Of a DNA stretch of 64,000 bases, positions 41,641-50,766 are shown piece after piece; the stretch's first letter is position 1; every line of letters starts with the position of its first letter. The position numbers and the translations under genes were made by a program. Source of the DNA: Candidatus Poribacteria bacterium (GTDB lineage Bacteria > Poribacteria > WGA-4E > JAJDTR01); the NCBI GenBank assembly GCA_965222225.1, contig CBDCTK010000002.1, positions 160,001-224,000 of the forward strand. Direction: 5' to 3'. The notes under the pieces are model-generated. The model was given only the letters and a program-made list of their open reading frames with translations, was not told where the DNA came from and did not search any database.

Positions 41641-42435
41641 ATGAGCACCCCAATAACAGAAGGAGATTGGGAGGTTGAAACTACTGTTAGCGATGCGCAA
41701 TTGGATTTCTACCGTGAGCACGGTTATCTCAAGTTCGGAAGAGTTTTCACGAAGCCGGAGTTAAATACATTGCGTGAGCACGTCGATGACATGATAGCCT
41801 CCCTGTCTGAAGACAAGCGTCCAGAGCAGATGGATGTGCCCCATTTCCAGAATCCGTTCCTGTTCAAATACCTAGCGCATCCGCGTGTCTTGGATGTCAT
41901 AGAACGATTCATCGGTGCAGATATCGTTCTGTGGTCGAGTCATTTTATCAGTAAACGTTCCGGTGACGGTTTGGCGGTGCCTTGGCATCAGGACGGCGTT
42001 TATTGGGGAAATCGGCTGGAGCCAATGCGCGTTATCACTATGTGGTTGGCTGTTGACGAGTCCCTAGTTACTAATGGGTGTATGCGAGTAATCGCCGGAA
42101 GTCATAAACTTAGGGATCGACGGTATGAAGAGGTAGACAACCACGACGAAAGCTTGTTCCATAACGAAGTTACCGCGGATGATATCGATCCGTCAAAAAT
42201 CGTGGATTTGGAGTTACAAATCGGCGAATGTCACTTCCATGACGGCTTTACCATTCACGGTTCCAACCCCAACACCTCCCAAAGGCGTCGATGTGGCTAC
42301 ACAATGCGCTATATGCCCGCAACCGTCCGTTGCAACGACCCCGTGCTGAATTCCAACCATCACGTTTATCTTTTGCGCGGGAAGGACCGTACCGGCGGCT
42401 CAAACATCTACACGACTTTGCCAACGGGGGTGTGA
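41641..42435 (+). CDS. PhyH-family Fe/2OG dioxygenase
   Basis: WHQD...TIHGS..N...RR facial triad. Confidence 0.9.
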   Translation: MSTPITEGDWEVETTVSDAQLDFYREHGYLKFGRVFTKPELNTLREHVDDMIASLSEDKRPEQMDVPHFQNPFLFKYLAHPRVLDVIERFIGADIVLWSSHFISKRSGDGLAVPWHQDGVYWGNRLEPMRVITMWLAVDESLVTNGCMRVIAGSHKLRDRRYEEVDNHDESLFHNEVTADDIDPSKIVDLELQIGECHFHDGFTIHGSNPNTSQRRRCGYTMRYMPATVRCNDPVLNSNHHVYLLRGKDRTGGSNIYTTLPTGV

Positions 42436-42504
42436 GCACAGGGACAAGATGAAGTACGATTCCGCCGCAGGCGCGGTGGCGTTGTGTAGAGGGCGATTCG
42501 TCAG

Positions 42505-43671
42505 ATGATTGATATAGCCATCGTTAATCCAAGTTGGTCTCCCGCGAAATGTGCAGAGGTCGGCGTACAAAAGATTATTTCCACCTTCTACGAAGGAGTG
42601 CTGGAAAGCCATGAGTGGATAAGGTGCCGCAGACCCCTAGGGGCTACGAATATTGAATACTATGGGCAATACCCGGGCGGCGAGTCCCGGGAAATGCTCG
42701 CAAATCTTAGCGAAGAGGCACATCGGGTCGGGGTTGAAGTGCACCCGTACGCGCTTGTGGCGATTGCGGGAGTGTGGATGGGTTCACGTCGAACAATCCC
42801 ACGTCACATCATTCCCGACGGCAGGATACCCCGATTCGCCATTGAGAATCCGGAATACATGTCCAAAGGGCGAGATGGACGAAGTTGGCTCGACTGGGAG
42901 GTCGGCGAACAGGTTTTGGGCTATGACGTTGGCTACATGTCTCTGGCGTATCCCGAAGTCCGAGAATATGTCAGATCCGCGCTTGTAACATATGCGCGAG
43001 AATTTGGAGCAGACGGCGTGCAGTTGGAATTTGTCCAAGTTTTAGCCGAGGGTGAGGAAGTGTGGCCGCTGGGATACGACGCTCCGGCTATTGCCGATTA
43101 CACAGAAGCACACGGAGTTGATCCCCGCGAACTTGACAACGACGACGAAGCGTGGACGCGCCTGCGTGCGAGTTACTACACTCAACTGATGAAAGAGCTG
43201 AGAGAGGAACTTTCAGGACTGGGCAAAACGGTTGAAATTTCGGTAGCCACCGAAGGGGTTTGGGCTGATCCCGACGGCGCCTACAAGCTAATGTTAGATT
43301 GGCCCACCTGGGTCGACGAGGGGTTGGTTGACGCATTGCACCCGAGGTTCTGGATAATGGATCCACATTATCCGCTAAGTTACCCTGATAGTGATACCGG
43401 CTCATGGTATGTGGATCCGGCTAGAATTACGACAGAGATTTCCAAGGTGAAAGAGGTGGTTGGGCAAAAGTGTAAGATTTACGGCACGGTGCTCGGGAAG
43501 AATGGCGGCGGTGGTATACCGGTCGGGGACTTAGTTGAGCGGACTGTCGCAGCAGCAAAGGCGATGATTGAAGCAGGATCGGACGGTTTCGGTGTATATG
43601 TAGATGGGCACGTAATGGCGGAGGAGTCGTTCTGGAGGTCACTCAACCGAATACATACAGGGAAGTGTTAA
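42505..43671 (+). CDS. GH10-like (DUF187/GHL10) TIM-barrel glycoside hydrolase
   Basis: EAHRVGVEVH, LAYPEVREY, ADGVQLEF and DWPTWVDEGLVD motifs. Confidence 0.7.
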   Translation: MIDIAIVNPSWSPAKCAEVGVQKIISTFYEGVLESHEWIRCRRPLGATNIEYYGQYPGGESREMLANLSEEAHRVGVEVHPYALVAIAGVWMGSRRTIPRHIIPDGRIPRFAIENPEYMSKGRDGRSWLDWEVGEQVLGYDVGYMSLAYPEVREYVRSALVTYAREFGADGVQLEFVQVLAEGEEVWPLGYDAPAIADYTEAHGVDPRELDNDDEAWTRLRASYYTQLMKELREELSGLGKTVEISVATEGVWADPDGAYKLMLDWPTWVDEGLVDALHPRFWIMDPHYPLSYPDSDTGSWYVDPARITTEISKVKEVVGQKCKIYGTVLGKNGGGGIPVGDLVERTVAAAKAMIEAGSDGFGVYVDGHVMAEESFWRSLNRIHTGKC

Positions 43672-43778
43672 TCGCCTTCGAGCTAATTCGCAACTTGGCG
43701 TTTTCCACTCTTTAGAGCCCGAGCGATTGCGAAAAACTGGGGTTTTGGTTCTATTTCACAACTACTAAGGAACAAACA

Positions 43779-44582
43779 ATGAGCACTTTTTCGATGCATG
43801 ATGTTCAGCAATATGCCGTACCTACAGGAGCCGTAGCGCTCTGGTGGCTGGGGCAAGCGGGATTCATCATTAAAAGCCCCGCCGGGAAGATTGTTGCCCT
43901 TGACCCATATTTGACGAATTCTTGCAAGGCGCTTGGCGAAGAAGCCGGGTTCGACATGGATCGGTTAGTTCCGCCGCCGCTCTCGCCTGAAGACTTGGTT
44001 GGCATCGATCTCTATCTGATGACGCACAGTCACCGAGATCACTTGGATCCTGAAACGCTAAGAGGTTATCGCGCGGCAGGTGGACAAGGACCTTACGCCG
44101 CACCGGCGGAAACGATTGAAAAGTTGGAAGAGTTAGGAGTGCCAGCCGACGAAACGACCATGGTTTGGCCCAACAAAACCGTCACGATTGGTGACGTAAC
44201 GCTGCGTGCGACATTTGCAATTCCTTTCGGCGGAGATGACCTGACGCATGTCGGCTATCTCGCATTCGTTTCCGGTGGACCAACGGTCTATTTTACAGGC
44301 GACACCGCGTACCACGATTTGATTGCCACCAGCGTGTCCGAACATCAACCGGATGTGATGGTGACCGTAATTAATGCCGCGTTCCGGAATCTTGCCCCCG
44401 GCGAAGCGTCCCTGTTAGCAAAGCAGATTGATGCGAAGGTAGTGATTCCCTGTCATCATGACCTATTCTCGGATAATCAACAACCGCCGCAGATGCTCCG
44501 CACCAACCTCCATATTCTTGGGATAGGCGATCGATATCAGCCGCTCGAACATGGCAAACCGTATCTTTACCTACAGGACTGA
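43779..44582 (+). CDS. Metallo-beta-lactamase-fold hydrolase (UlaG-like lactonase)
   Basis: WLGQAGF, DPYL, THSHRDHLD, GDT and PCHHD motifs. Confidence 0.88.
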   Translation: MSTFSMHDVQQYAVPTGAVALWWLGQAGFIIKSPAGKIVALDPYLTNSCKALGEEAGFDMDRLVPPPLSPEDLVGIDLYLMTHSHRDHLDPETLRGYRAAGGQGPYAAPAETIEKLEELGVPADETTMVWPNKTVTIGDVTLRATFAIPFGGDDLTHVGYLAFVSGGPTVYFTGDTAYHDLIATSVSEHQPDVMVTVINAAFRNLAPGEASLLAKQIDAKVVIPCHHDLFSDNQQPPQMLRTNLHILGIGDRYQPLEHGKPYLYLQD

Positions 44583-44712
44583 TTTCTTCCCCACGGTAAT
44601 GAATAAGCTATAATTATCCCGCGCGACGGTGCGGGGATATCAGTAGAAAGACGTTAATTTGGAACTTCATCAAACGCACTTTTGACAAAAGGTTGCAATT
44701 TTCCCAGTTTCT

Positions 44713-45804
44713 ATGTCTGACAAGACGTATTCAGCGGTGGCAATAGCCACGCGGACAATGGAAATACAAGCCTTTGACATCCCGGTGATTGGGGAGGATG
44801 ATGGCTTGCTGAAAGTGGAGATGTGCGGGGTATGTGGGAGCGATCCCCGAATCTTCCAATGGACCGACCCTGAAAGATTCCCGCTTATCATGGGGCACGA
44901 AGTCCTTGGGCATATTGAGGAGATAGGGAGTCAAGCGTCCGCAAGATGGGGAATAAAACGTGGAGATCGGGTTGTCGTCGAGCATCTCTTTGGGTGTGGA
45001 CACTGCCGCATGTGTCTGATTGGCGAATACCGTTTCTGTTCCGAACATCTCGGTTACGGCGGTCCCATTCCATCAAGCGTCCCGCCGTGTCTCTGGGGCG
45101 CGTACGGCGAATACATGTATCTCGCTCCGAACTCGAGAGTCCATCGAATCGCCGAGGATGTTCCGGCTGAAGCGGCGGTTATGACCTGCGCCAATATCGG
45201 AAACGGCATTCGTTGGGTGCGTACGAAGGGTGGGGTTACCGTAGGGGACACCGTAGTTGTCATCGGACCGGGAGGTCAAGGTTTAGCCGCGGTTCTGGCG
45301 GCTCGTGAGGCGGGAGCTACACAAATCGTTGCAATTGGTCTCACTCAGGACAATCATCGTTTTGAGGTTGCCAGACGCTTCGGCGCAACCCAAACTATCA
45401 ACTTGGATATTGAGGATCCCGTGGAGAGAGTGCATCAACTCACCGAAGGCGTGTTAGCCGATGTGGTGATGGATCTCACTGGCGCCACGAGTTCCGCGCC
45501 ATTATCGCTGGAGCTCGTGCGCCCCATGGGTACGGTTGTATTGGGTTCAAACACGGGTCAAGCATCGGTGCCGCTCGTAACCAGCAAAATCGCCGCGAAG
45601 GAGATACACTATCAGGGCGTGAACACCCACGACACCCCAGCCGTACGGGCGGCAATCAAGCTTGTCGAGTCGCGCCGTTATCCCATTGAAAAAATGGTCA
45701 CGCATTACTTTGGGTTGGAGGACGCGGAAACAGCGGTGCATGCGGCAGGGGGAGAAATTCGTTTGGACGGATTCATAAAGGGTGTGATTGTTCCCAATCC
45801 CTAA
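44713..45804 (+). CDS. Zn-dependent alcohol dehydrogenase (MDR)
   Basis: GVCGSD, GHE, CGHCRMC...C and GPGGQG motifs. Confidence 0.92.
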   Translation: MSDKTYSAVAIATRTMEIQAFDIPVIGEDDGLLKVEMCGVCGSDPRIFQWTDPERFPLIMGHEVLGHIEEIGSQASARWGIKRGDRVVVEHLFGCGHCRMCLIGEYRFCSEHLGYGGPIPSSVPPCLWGAYGEYMYLAPNSRVHRIAEDVPAEAAVMTCANIGNGIRWVRTKGGVTVGDTVVVIGPGGQGLAAVLAAREAGATQIVAIGLTQDNHRFEVARRFGATQTINLDIEDPVERVHQLTEGVLADVVMDLTGATSSAPLSLELVRPMGTVVLGSNTGQASVPLVTSKIAAKEIHYQGVNTHDTPAVRAAIKLVESRRYPIEKMVTHYFGLEDAETAVHAAGGEIRLDGFIKGVIVPNP

Positions 45805-45874
45805 TCCTCGTATACGGCTTTGGCGAACGTTGAGCCCGATCGCCGCCGATAACAGGTGCAAGGAATCTGGATAT

Positions 45875-46954
45875 ATGAGAAACTGGAGTGACCTCGAAAA
45901 TTGTCGGATTGTCCGCTTAAACGCAACCCTATTTCCAGTAAGTGAGTTTGAGGCCTCTCTTTACGAGAAATATGACCTCAAACCGGTGCAAGTGGAGGCC
46001 AATCTTCCAGAAGAGATTATTCCGCGCGTTGAAGACTGCGACGCGCTTTTTGCCATCTCGGTCTCGTTGCCGGAAGCGGTAGTTTCGAGTCTATCGCGTT
46101 GCCGAGTCATTTCAAGACTCGGTACCGGCACGGACAAGATTGATGTCGCGATGGCAACTCGGAAAGGGATTCTGGTGACGAATGTGCCGTACTTCTGCGT
46201 TGAGGAGCAGGCAGATCACACAATGGCACTGATGCTAGCATTGGCGAGAAAGCTGCCACAGATGGCGCAAGCAATGGCCGAAAGGGCGTGGAGCCACTCG
46301 AAACGACAGTCGCGAAGCAATCAGCGGCTTTCGACGCAGAATTTGGGATTGATCGGGTTCGGAAATTCGGCAAAAGCGACAGCACAGCGGGCAAGAGGTT
46401 TCGGCATGCGCGTCATTGCCACCCGCCGCAATATGAAGGCTCCTCGCCACGAAGCCGACAACCTAGGAGTGGAGATGGTATCCCTTGATACACTGCTCAG
46501 CGAGTCGGACTACGTGTCTTTACACTTGCCGCTGAGTTCCGAGACGTATCATATGCTGGATGAAGCGGAATTAGGCAAGATGAAGCCGGGTGCGTATTTG
46601 ATTAACACCTCGCGTGGGGCGTTAGTAGATGAAATGGCGTTGGTCAAAGCACTTCGCGAGGGAAGATTGAGCGGTGCAGGACTGGATACATTTGAAGGGA
46701 TAAATCCGTTCACGGAGGATGAGACGCCGCCAGAGCATCCGCTATTGGAGCTTGACAACGTTGTACTTACACCCCATGTCGGCGCCTACTCCGTCCAAGC
46801 GTCGCAGGATGTTTCTAGGGGTGGGGTTCAAAACGTGGTATCGGTGTTAAGTGGGCACTTGCCTCTTGCCGAGAATATCGTTAATCCGAGTGTGACGCCT
46901 AGGGTTCCCCTTGCGGATTACGATGATTCGCTCTTTGAAGAAAACGGGCACTAA
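45875..46954 (+). CDS. D-2-hydroxyacid dehydrogenase (CtBP-like)
   Basis: GLIGFGNS, INTSRG and TPHVG motifs; start reassigned to ATG 45875. Confidence 0.9.
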   Translation: MRNWSDLENCRIVRLNATLFPVSEFEASLYEKYDLKPVQVEANLPEEIIPRVEDCDALFAISVSLPEAVVSSLSRCRVISRLGTGTDKIDVAMATRKGILVTNVPYFCVEEQADHTMALMLALARKLPQMAQAMAERAWSHSKRQSRSNQRLSTQNLGLIGFGNSAKATAQRARGFGMRVIATRRNMKAPRHEADNLGVEMVSLDTLLSESDYVSLHLPLSSETYHMLDEAELGKMKPGAYLINTSRGALVDEMALVKALREGRLSGAGLDTFEGINPFTEDETPPEHPLLELDNVVLTPHVGAYSVQASQDVSRGGVQNVVSVLSGHLPLAENIVNPSVTPRVPLADYDDSLFEENGH

Positions 46955-47106
46955 GAACTGTTAGCGTCATCGCGTTGGGAGATCGAATAGTGCGTTAATT
47001 CGGCAGAATGGGATTGGAAGAGTGGAAGGTTGGAAGATACTCTTTCACGCTATTCGTGTTATTCATAATGTGTGATTCCTTTGGGGGAAGAAGTGGGAGT
47101 TGAATA

Positions 47107-47137
47107 GTTGGGTTTCGCTGTGCTCAACCCAACCTAC
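47107..47137. repeat. GTAG-family REP element
   Basis: GTTGGGTT-tcgctgtgctc-AACCCAAC-CTAC; degenerate copy at 62858-62888. Confidence 0.7.
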
Positions 47138-47165
47138 TACGAGCTAGACTAGGAAGTGGCAGATA

Positions 47166-48119
47166 ATGGACATAACGTGGGATTATGCTAACGCACGAGA
47201 TTACGTCAAACGGATTCATCAAGGCATGCCGCCGGTGCTCATCAGCGTAGCGGTGACGGGCGAGCACCAGAAAAGTGAAAACCCAGGTGTACCGGTGACT
47301 GCGGAGGAGCAAGCTGAAGAGGCTGCCGCAGTTTATGCCGCAGGTGCGCGAATAATTCATATCCACGCCCGTCAAGCCGATGACCCAACCAAAGGTACGA
47401 ATGATCCAACCCGCTACCGCGAAATCAATGCGATGATGCGGGCGAAAGCGCCCGATATCCTCATAGACAATTCTCAAACTGTTGCAGAACTCCCAACTCC
47501 CTCCGACGCATTGGTTGGATCTGCCTACTTCTTTCGGTCGGCACCGATTGAAGCTGCGCCGGACATTATGTCGCTTAATGCGGGGCCCATGACCTTCCGG
47601 CGTGGGGCATCCTACACAGGGGGCGCCGCCACGCCGAGCTCGGTATACGCCACGACCTTCGACCACACGGAGCGGGCAGCGAATCTAGCGCGCGAACACG
47701 GAATCAAGCCGCAGGTGTTTCTCTACCACCCGGGACATCTTGACATTCTAGAACACCTTATTGCACATGATGCGCTGGACAAGCCCTATTTTGTACAGCT
47801 CGTTTTCGGGCAGCAGAGCGGAATCGCCACCAGCCCGGAAAATGTGTTGTCGATGATAAGGAATCTACCTGAAGATACCATCTTCCAAACCTGTGCTTTG
47901 GGACTGGAGGAGATACATGTAAATGTCCTCTCCCTCCTCTTGGGCGGGCATATTCGCACCGGGTTAGAGGATAGTCTGCTCTACCAACATGATACGCCTG
48001 CCCAAAGTAACGTTCAGTTGGTGGAGCGTATTGTCCAAATTGCCAATGCACTAGGGCGACGGGTCGCTACGGCGGAGGAAGCACGCCGTATGTTGGGAAT
48101 TGGTTTCCCAACGAACTGA
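47166..48119 (+). CDS. Beta-keto acid cleavage enzyme (BKACE/DUF849, Kce-like)
   Basis: AVTG, HIHAR and GGHIRTGLED motifs. Confidence 0.9.
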   Translation: MDITWDYANARDYVKRIHQGMPPVLISVAVTGEHQKSENPGVPVTAEEQAEEAAAVYAAGARIIHIHARQADDPTKGTNDPTRYREINAMMRAKAPDILIDNSQTVAELPTPSDALVGSAYFFRSAPIEAAPDIMSLNAGPMTFRRGASYTGGAATPSSVYATTFDHTERAANLAREHGIKPQVFLYHPGHLDILEHLIAHDALDKPYFVQLVFGQQSGIATSPENVLSMIRNLPEDTIFQTCALGLEEIHVNVLSLLLGGHIRTGLEDSLLYQHDTPAQSNVQLVERIVQIANALGRRVATAEEARRMLGIGFPTN

Positions 48120-48163
48120 AAGAAAACACCGCGCCCACCATAGCCGCTCTGAAAAGAGGAGAC

Positions 48164-48976
48164 ATGTCTATGTCTGTACCTACGACAAACGCCGATGGCA
48201 AACCGGCGATTGAGTTCACCGAAGAACAAAAATTTATTTTTGATACACGCGGTTGGATAGCTATCCCTGCCGTGTTGACGGATGATGAGATTGTCGAAAT
48301 GCGGGGTTTTTGCTACCGACTGAAAAGGGATCCGGAGTCGATTCCCGAATATCACCGGTATTCGGTTGGAGGACCGCTTGAGAAATTGGCGGATCACCCG
48401 ATTGTCCTCGGATTCATGGACGAGTTTGTTTCATCAGAATACTCAAGCGAGGACTGCTACGGTTTTCGTTTCGAAGGCACGTTTCTAACGATTAGGTCTA
48501 AAGGACATGACAACTTTAACCCTCATGGAGGGCAGGGGATGTTTACGTTCCCCGGAAATTCACACACCTATCGTCTGAATCCCGGCAAGGCACACAGCGG
48601 ATTAACTCGAATCGTTTGGGAACTGAATCCGGTAAAAAGAGGCGGCGGAGGCACGCTTTTCTTGACGGGAAGCCACAAAGCGGCGTTTCCTCCTCCGAAA
48701 TCAGTCCATAATCGGGATAGCCTTCTGTGGGAGGACTATAGCTGTCCGGCAGGATCGGCGCTCTTCTTTACGGAGGCGATTACCCACACCGGCGCTCGGT
48801 GGGAGGACGACACGGTTGACCGAGTTTCCGTGTTCAACTGCTATAACGTTGTAGGCAATAAGTGGCATAAGTGGGAACCTCATCCGAAACACCTCGCTGA
48901 AATGCCATTCAAGCGCCAAACCCTCTTTCGCCCGGTCTATTGTCAGGACAATGTTCCCTCGCCCGACGACGTTTAG
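48164..48976 (+). CDS. PhyH-like Fe/2OG enzyme with HxG (PHGG) metal site
   Basis: QKFIFDTRGW, PHGG, GSHKA and TEAITH motifs. Confidence 0.85.
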   Translation: MSMSVPTTNADGKPAIEFTEEQKFIFDTRGWIAIPAVLTDDEIVEMRGFCYRLKRDPESIPEYHRYSVGGPLEKLADHPIVLGFMDEFVSSEYSSEDCYGFRFEGTFLTIRSKGHDNFNPHGGQGMFTFPGNSHTYRLNPGKAHSGLTRIVWELNPVKRGGGGTLFLTGSHKAAFPPPKSVHNRDSLLWEDYSCPAGSALFFTEAITHTGARWEDDTVDRVSVFNCYNVVGNKWHKWEPHPKHLAEMPFKRQTLFRPVYCQDNVPSPDDV

Positions 48977-49242
48977 AGGTTGTTTGAAAGACAATTAGCA
49001 AAGCCATTTTTGGACATTTGGACAAACGTCTTTTGATATTGGTCAGTTACCGGTAAAGCAGAAGTCAGTAGTAGCGGTAAGTAATAGCTCGGGAGTCGTT
49101 GATGTGGGATTAATGAGGATACAAAGAGCGGTGTTCTACGATTTGATACCCACCGATTACCGCTGCGAATCTAAAAGTAGTGTCGCCCCTCCGGGGCTTT
49201 TGGTTGTATAGGGCTACTACAAATAGAATCTCAAACAGGCTC
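48976..49242. mobile_element. Putative MITE (~267 bp) with IS-like ends
   Basis: GAGGTTGTTTGAAA versus the reverse complement of the right end, GAGCCTGTTTGAGA (11/14); internal GCCCC-tcc-GGGGC hairpin; left end resembles 18404. Confidence 0.45.
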
Positions 49243-49423
49243 GAAAAAAATGTGGCCTAGCGTTTGTTGAAGTGATTCCCTACGCCTCTAGAATCAGGTG
49301 CGATTGGCCTGGCAGCTAGTAGGGAGGATGTTGCTTTCTACATGTCAGCCACTCGTACAGATTGTTCGGATTCAATCCCGGTCTCAAGGTATCAAAGTAA
49401 GGTATCAAAGTGAGGAGTAGATT

Positions 49424-50398
49424 ATGGCCAAAGTGCAAATTGGTATCGTCGGATCCGGCGGGGCGGCAACGTCCGGCGCCGAACAATTTTCCAAGATCGA
49501 TGCGACTAAAATCGTTGCGGTTGCCTCGCGAAATCATCACACAGGTGAGCAATTGGCTCGGCGCTACGGGGCGGAGTTTATACCTGATTGGCGAGATCTC
49601 GTTCGACGCGACGACGTGGATGGTGTCGCAATCTTCACCCACAATGATAGCCATGGTGAAATCGCTATTGCCGCGCTTGAGGCGGATAAGCATGTGTTCA
49701 CCGAATATCCGTTGGCGCAAGCTGTTGATCAGGGCGAAGCCGTAATCAGGTTAGCAAAATCCCAAAACCGTGTTCTGCGTGTCTCTCACTCCGAACCTGT
49801 GTCGAATATGCACAATGCGATTAAGCAGAAAGTTCAAGGGCTTGGCGGTCTACTATGGGCGGGCTTTTGGCGGCTCACCCCCGGACGAGGCGCTCGACCA
49901 GAGATTCTGTTAAATCTGCCCGTCTCGGGCCCACCGGCGCATTTCTTTGTCTATCACATCTACCCGGTTGTAGATTTGTTTGGACGCGCCGAGTGGGTGG
50001 AGGGTACCGCTGTCTATGAAGGTTTAGGCGATGAGGGGAGATACAACCGGTTCGTAAACACCGTTACTGTCGGTTTTTCTAGTGGCGGTGTGGGGCAGTG
50101 GACATGGGCGGGCGGTGTTGAAACGAACAGACCGGAGCAACATTGTCGGTACGTCTTGAATGGAGGTACGGTTTTATATGACGGAGACGGATGGCACTGT
50201 GCTACTTCAACCGGGATTGAGGAGATTCGACCACCTGAAGGCTCGAACGTTTCAATTCAAGAGCGTTGGACTCACGAAATTCTTGATGGGGATTCGGAAA
50301 CTGCAAGCGCTGACACAGCCATAGCGTTAGAGGCGATTCGGATTAGCCTTGCTGCTGAGCAGTCAATGCGGGAGCATCGACGGATTGTCTTGGCCTAA
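49424..50398 (+). CDS. Gfo/Idh/MocA family oxidoreductase (EYP variant)
   Basis: IGIVGSGG and KHVFTEYP motifs. Confidence 0.85.
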   Translation: MAKVQIGIVGSGGAATSGAEQFSKIDATKIVAVASRNHHTGEQLARRYGAEFIPDWRDLVRRDDVDGVAIFTHNDSHGEIAIAALEADKHVFTEYPLAQAVDQGEAVIRLAKSQNRVLRVSHSEPVSNMHNAIKQKVQGLGGLLWAGFWRLTPGRGARPEILLNLPVSGPPAHFFVYHIYPVVDLFGRAEWVEGTAVYEGLGDEGRYNRFVNTVTVGFSSGGVGQWTWAGGVETNRPEQHCRYVLNGGTVLYDGDGWHCATSTGIEEIRPPEGSNVSIQERWTHEILDGDSETASADTAIALEAIRISLAAEQSMREHRRIVLA

Positions 50399-50470
50399 AC
50401 CTATCTTTTATGCGAACAAGTGTACGTTACCGTGCGAATCGGGACCAAGGAAAATCGGGGACCCGACGAT

Positions 50471-50560
50471 GGATCTCTATTGTCGTGGGATTTGTACCGC
50501 ACAAAGATCCCTATCGCATTCGCTATTCGCTCATTTGATCCTATGCAGTCACTTGATCGC
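50471..50560 (+). repeat. Dispersed intergenic repeat, copy 6
   Basis: GATCCCTATCGCATTCGCTATTCGCTCATTTGATCCTATGCAGTCACTTGATC. Confidence 0.7.
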
Positions 50561-50695
50561 TCCCACAAGGGCCTTTACCTTTCGCCCTTCTAGGGATTTC
50601 CTTTGAGTTTCGGATTGAAGATTTCATCCTTGATTTGAAGATTGTCAATTCGCTAACATCAGGTGTGATTCCCCTGGAGCCAAATCTTTTTGGAC

Positions 50696-50724
50696 TTGAC
50701 GGGGGATGGGGTTTCTGATATGCT
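50696..50724 (+). promoter_or_regulatory. Sigma70 promoter for CRTAC1-like gene 2
   Basis: TTGACG-N17-TATGCT with extended -10 TG. Confidence 0.55.
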
Positions 50725-50766
50725 GATCCAATGGTATCACCACGCGCAAATGCGCCTCCCTAGATA

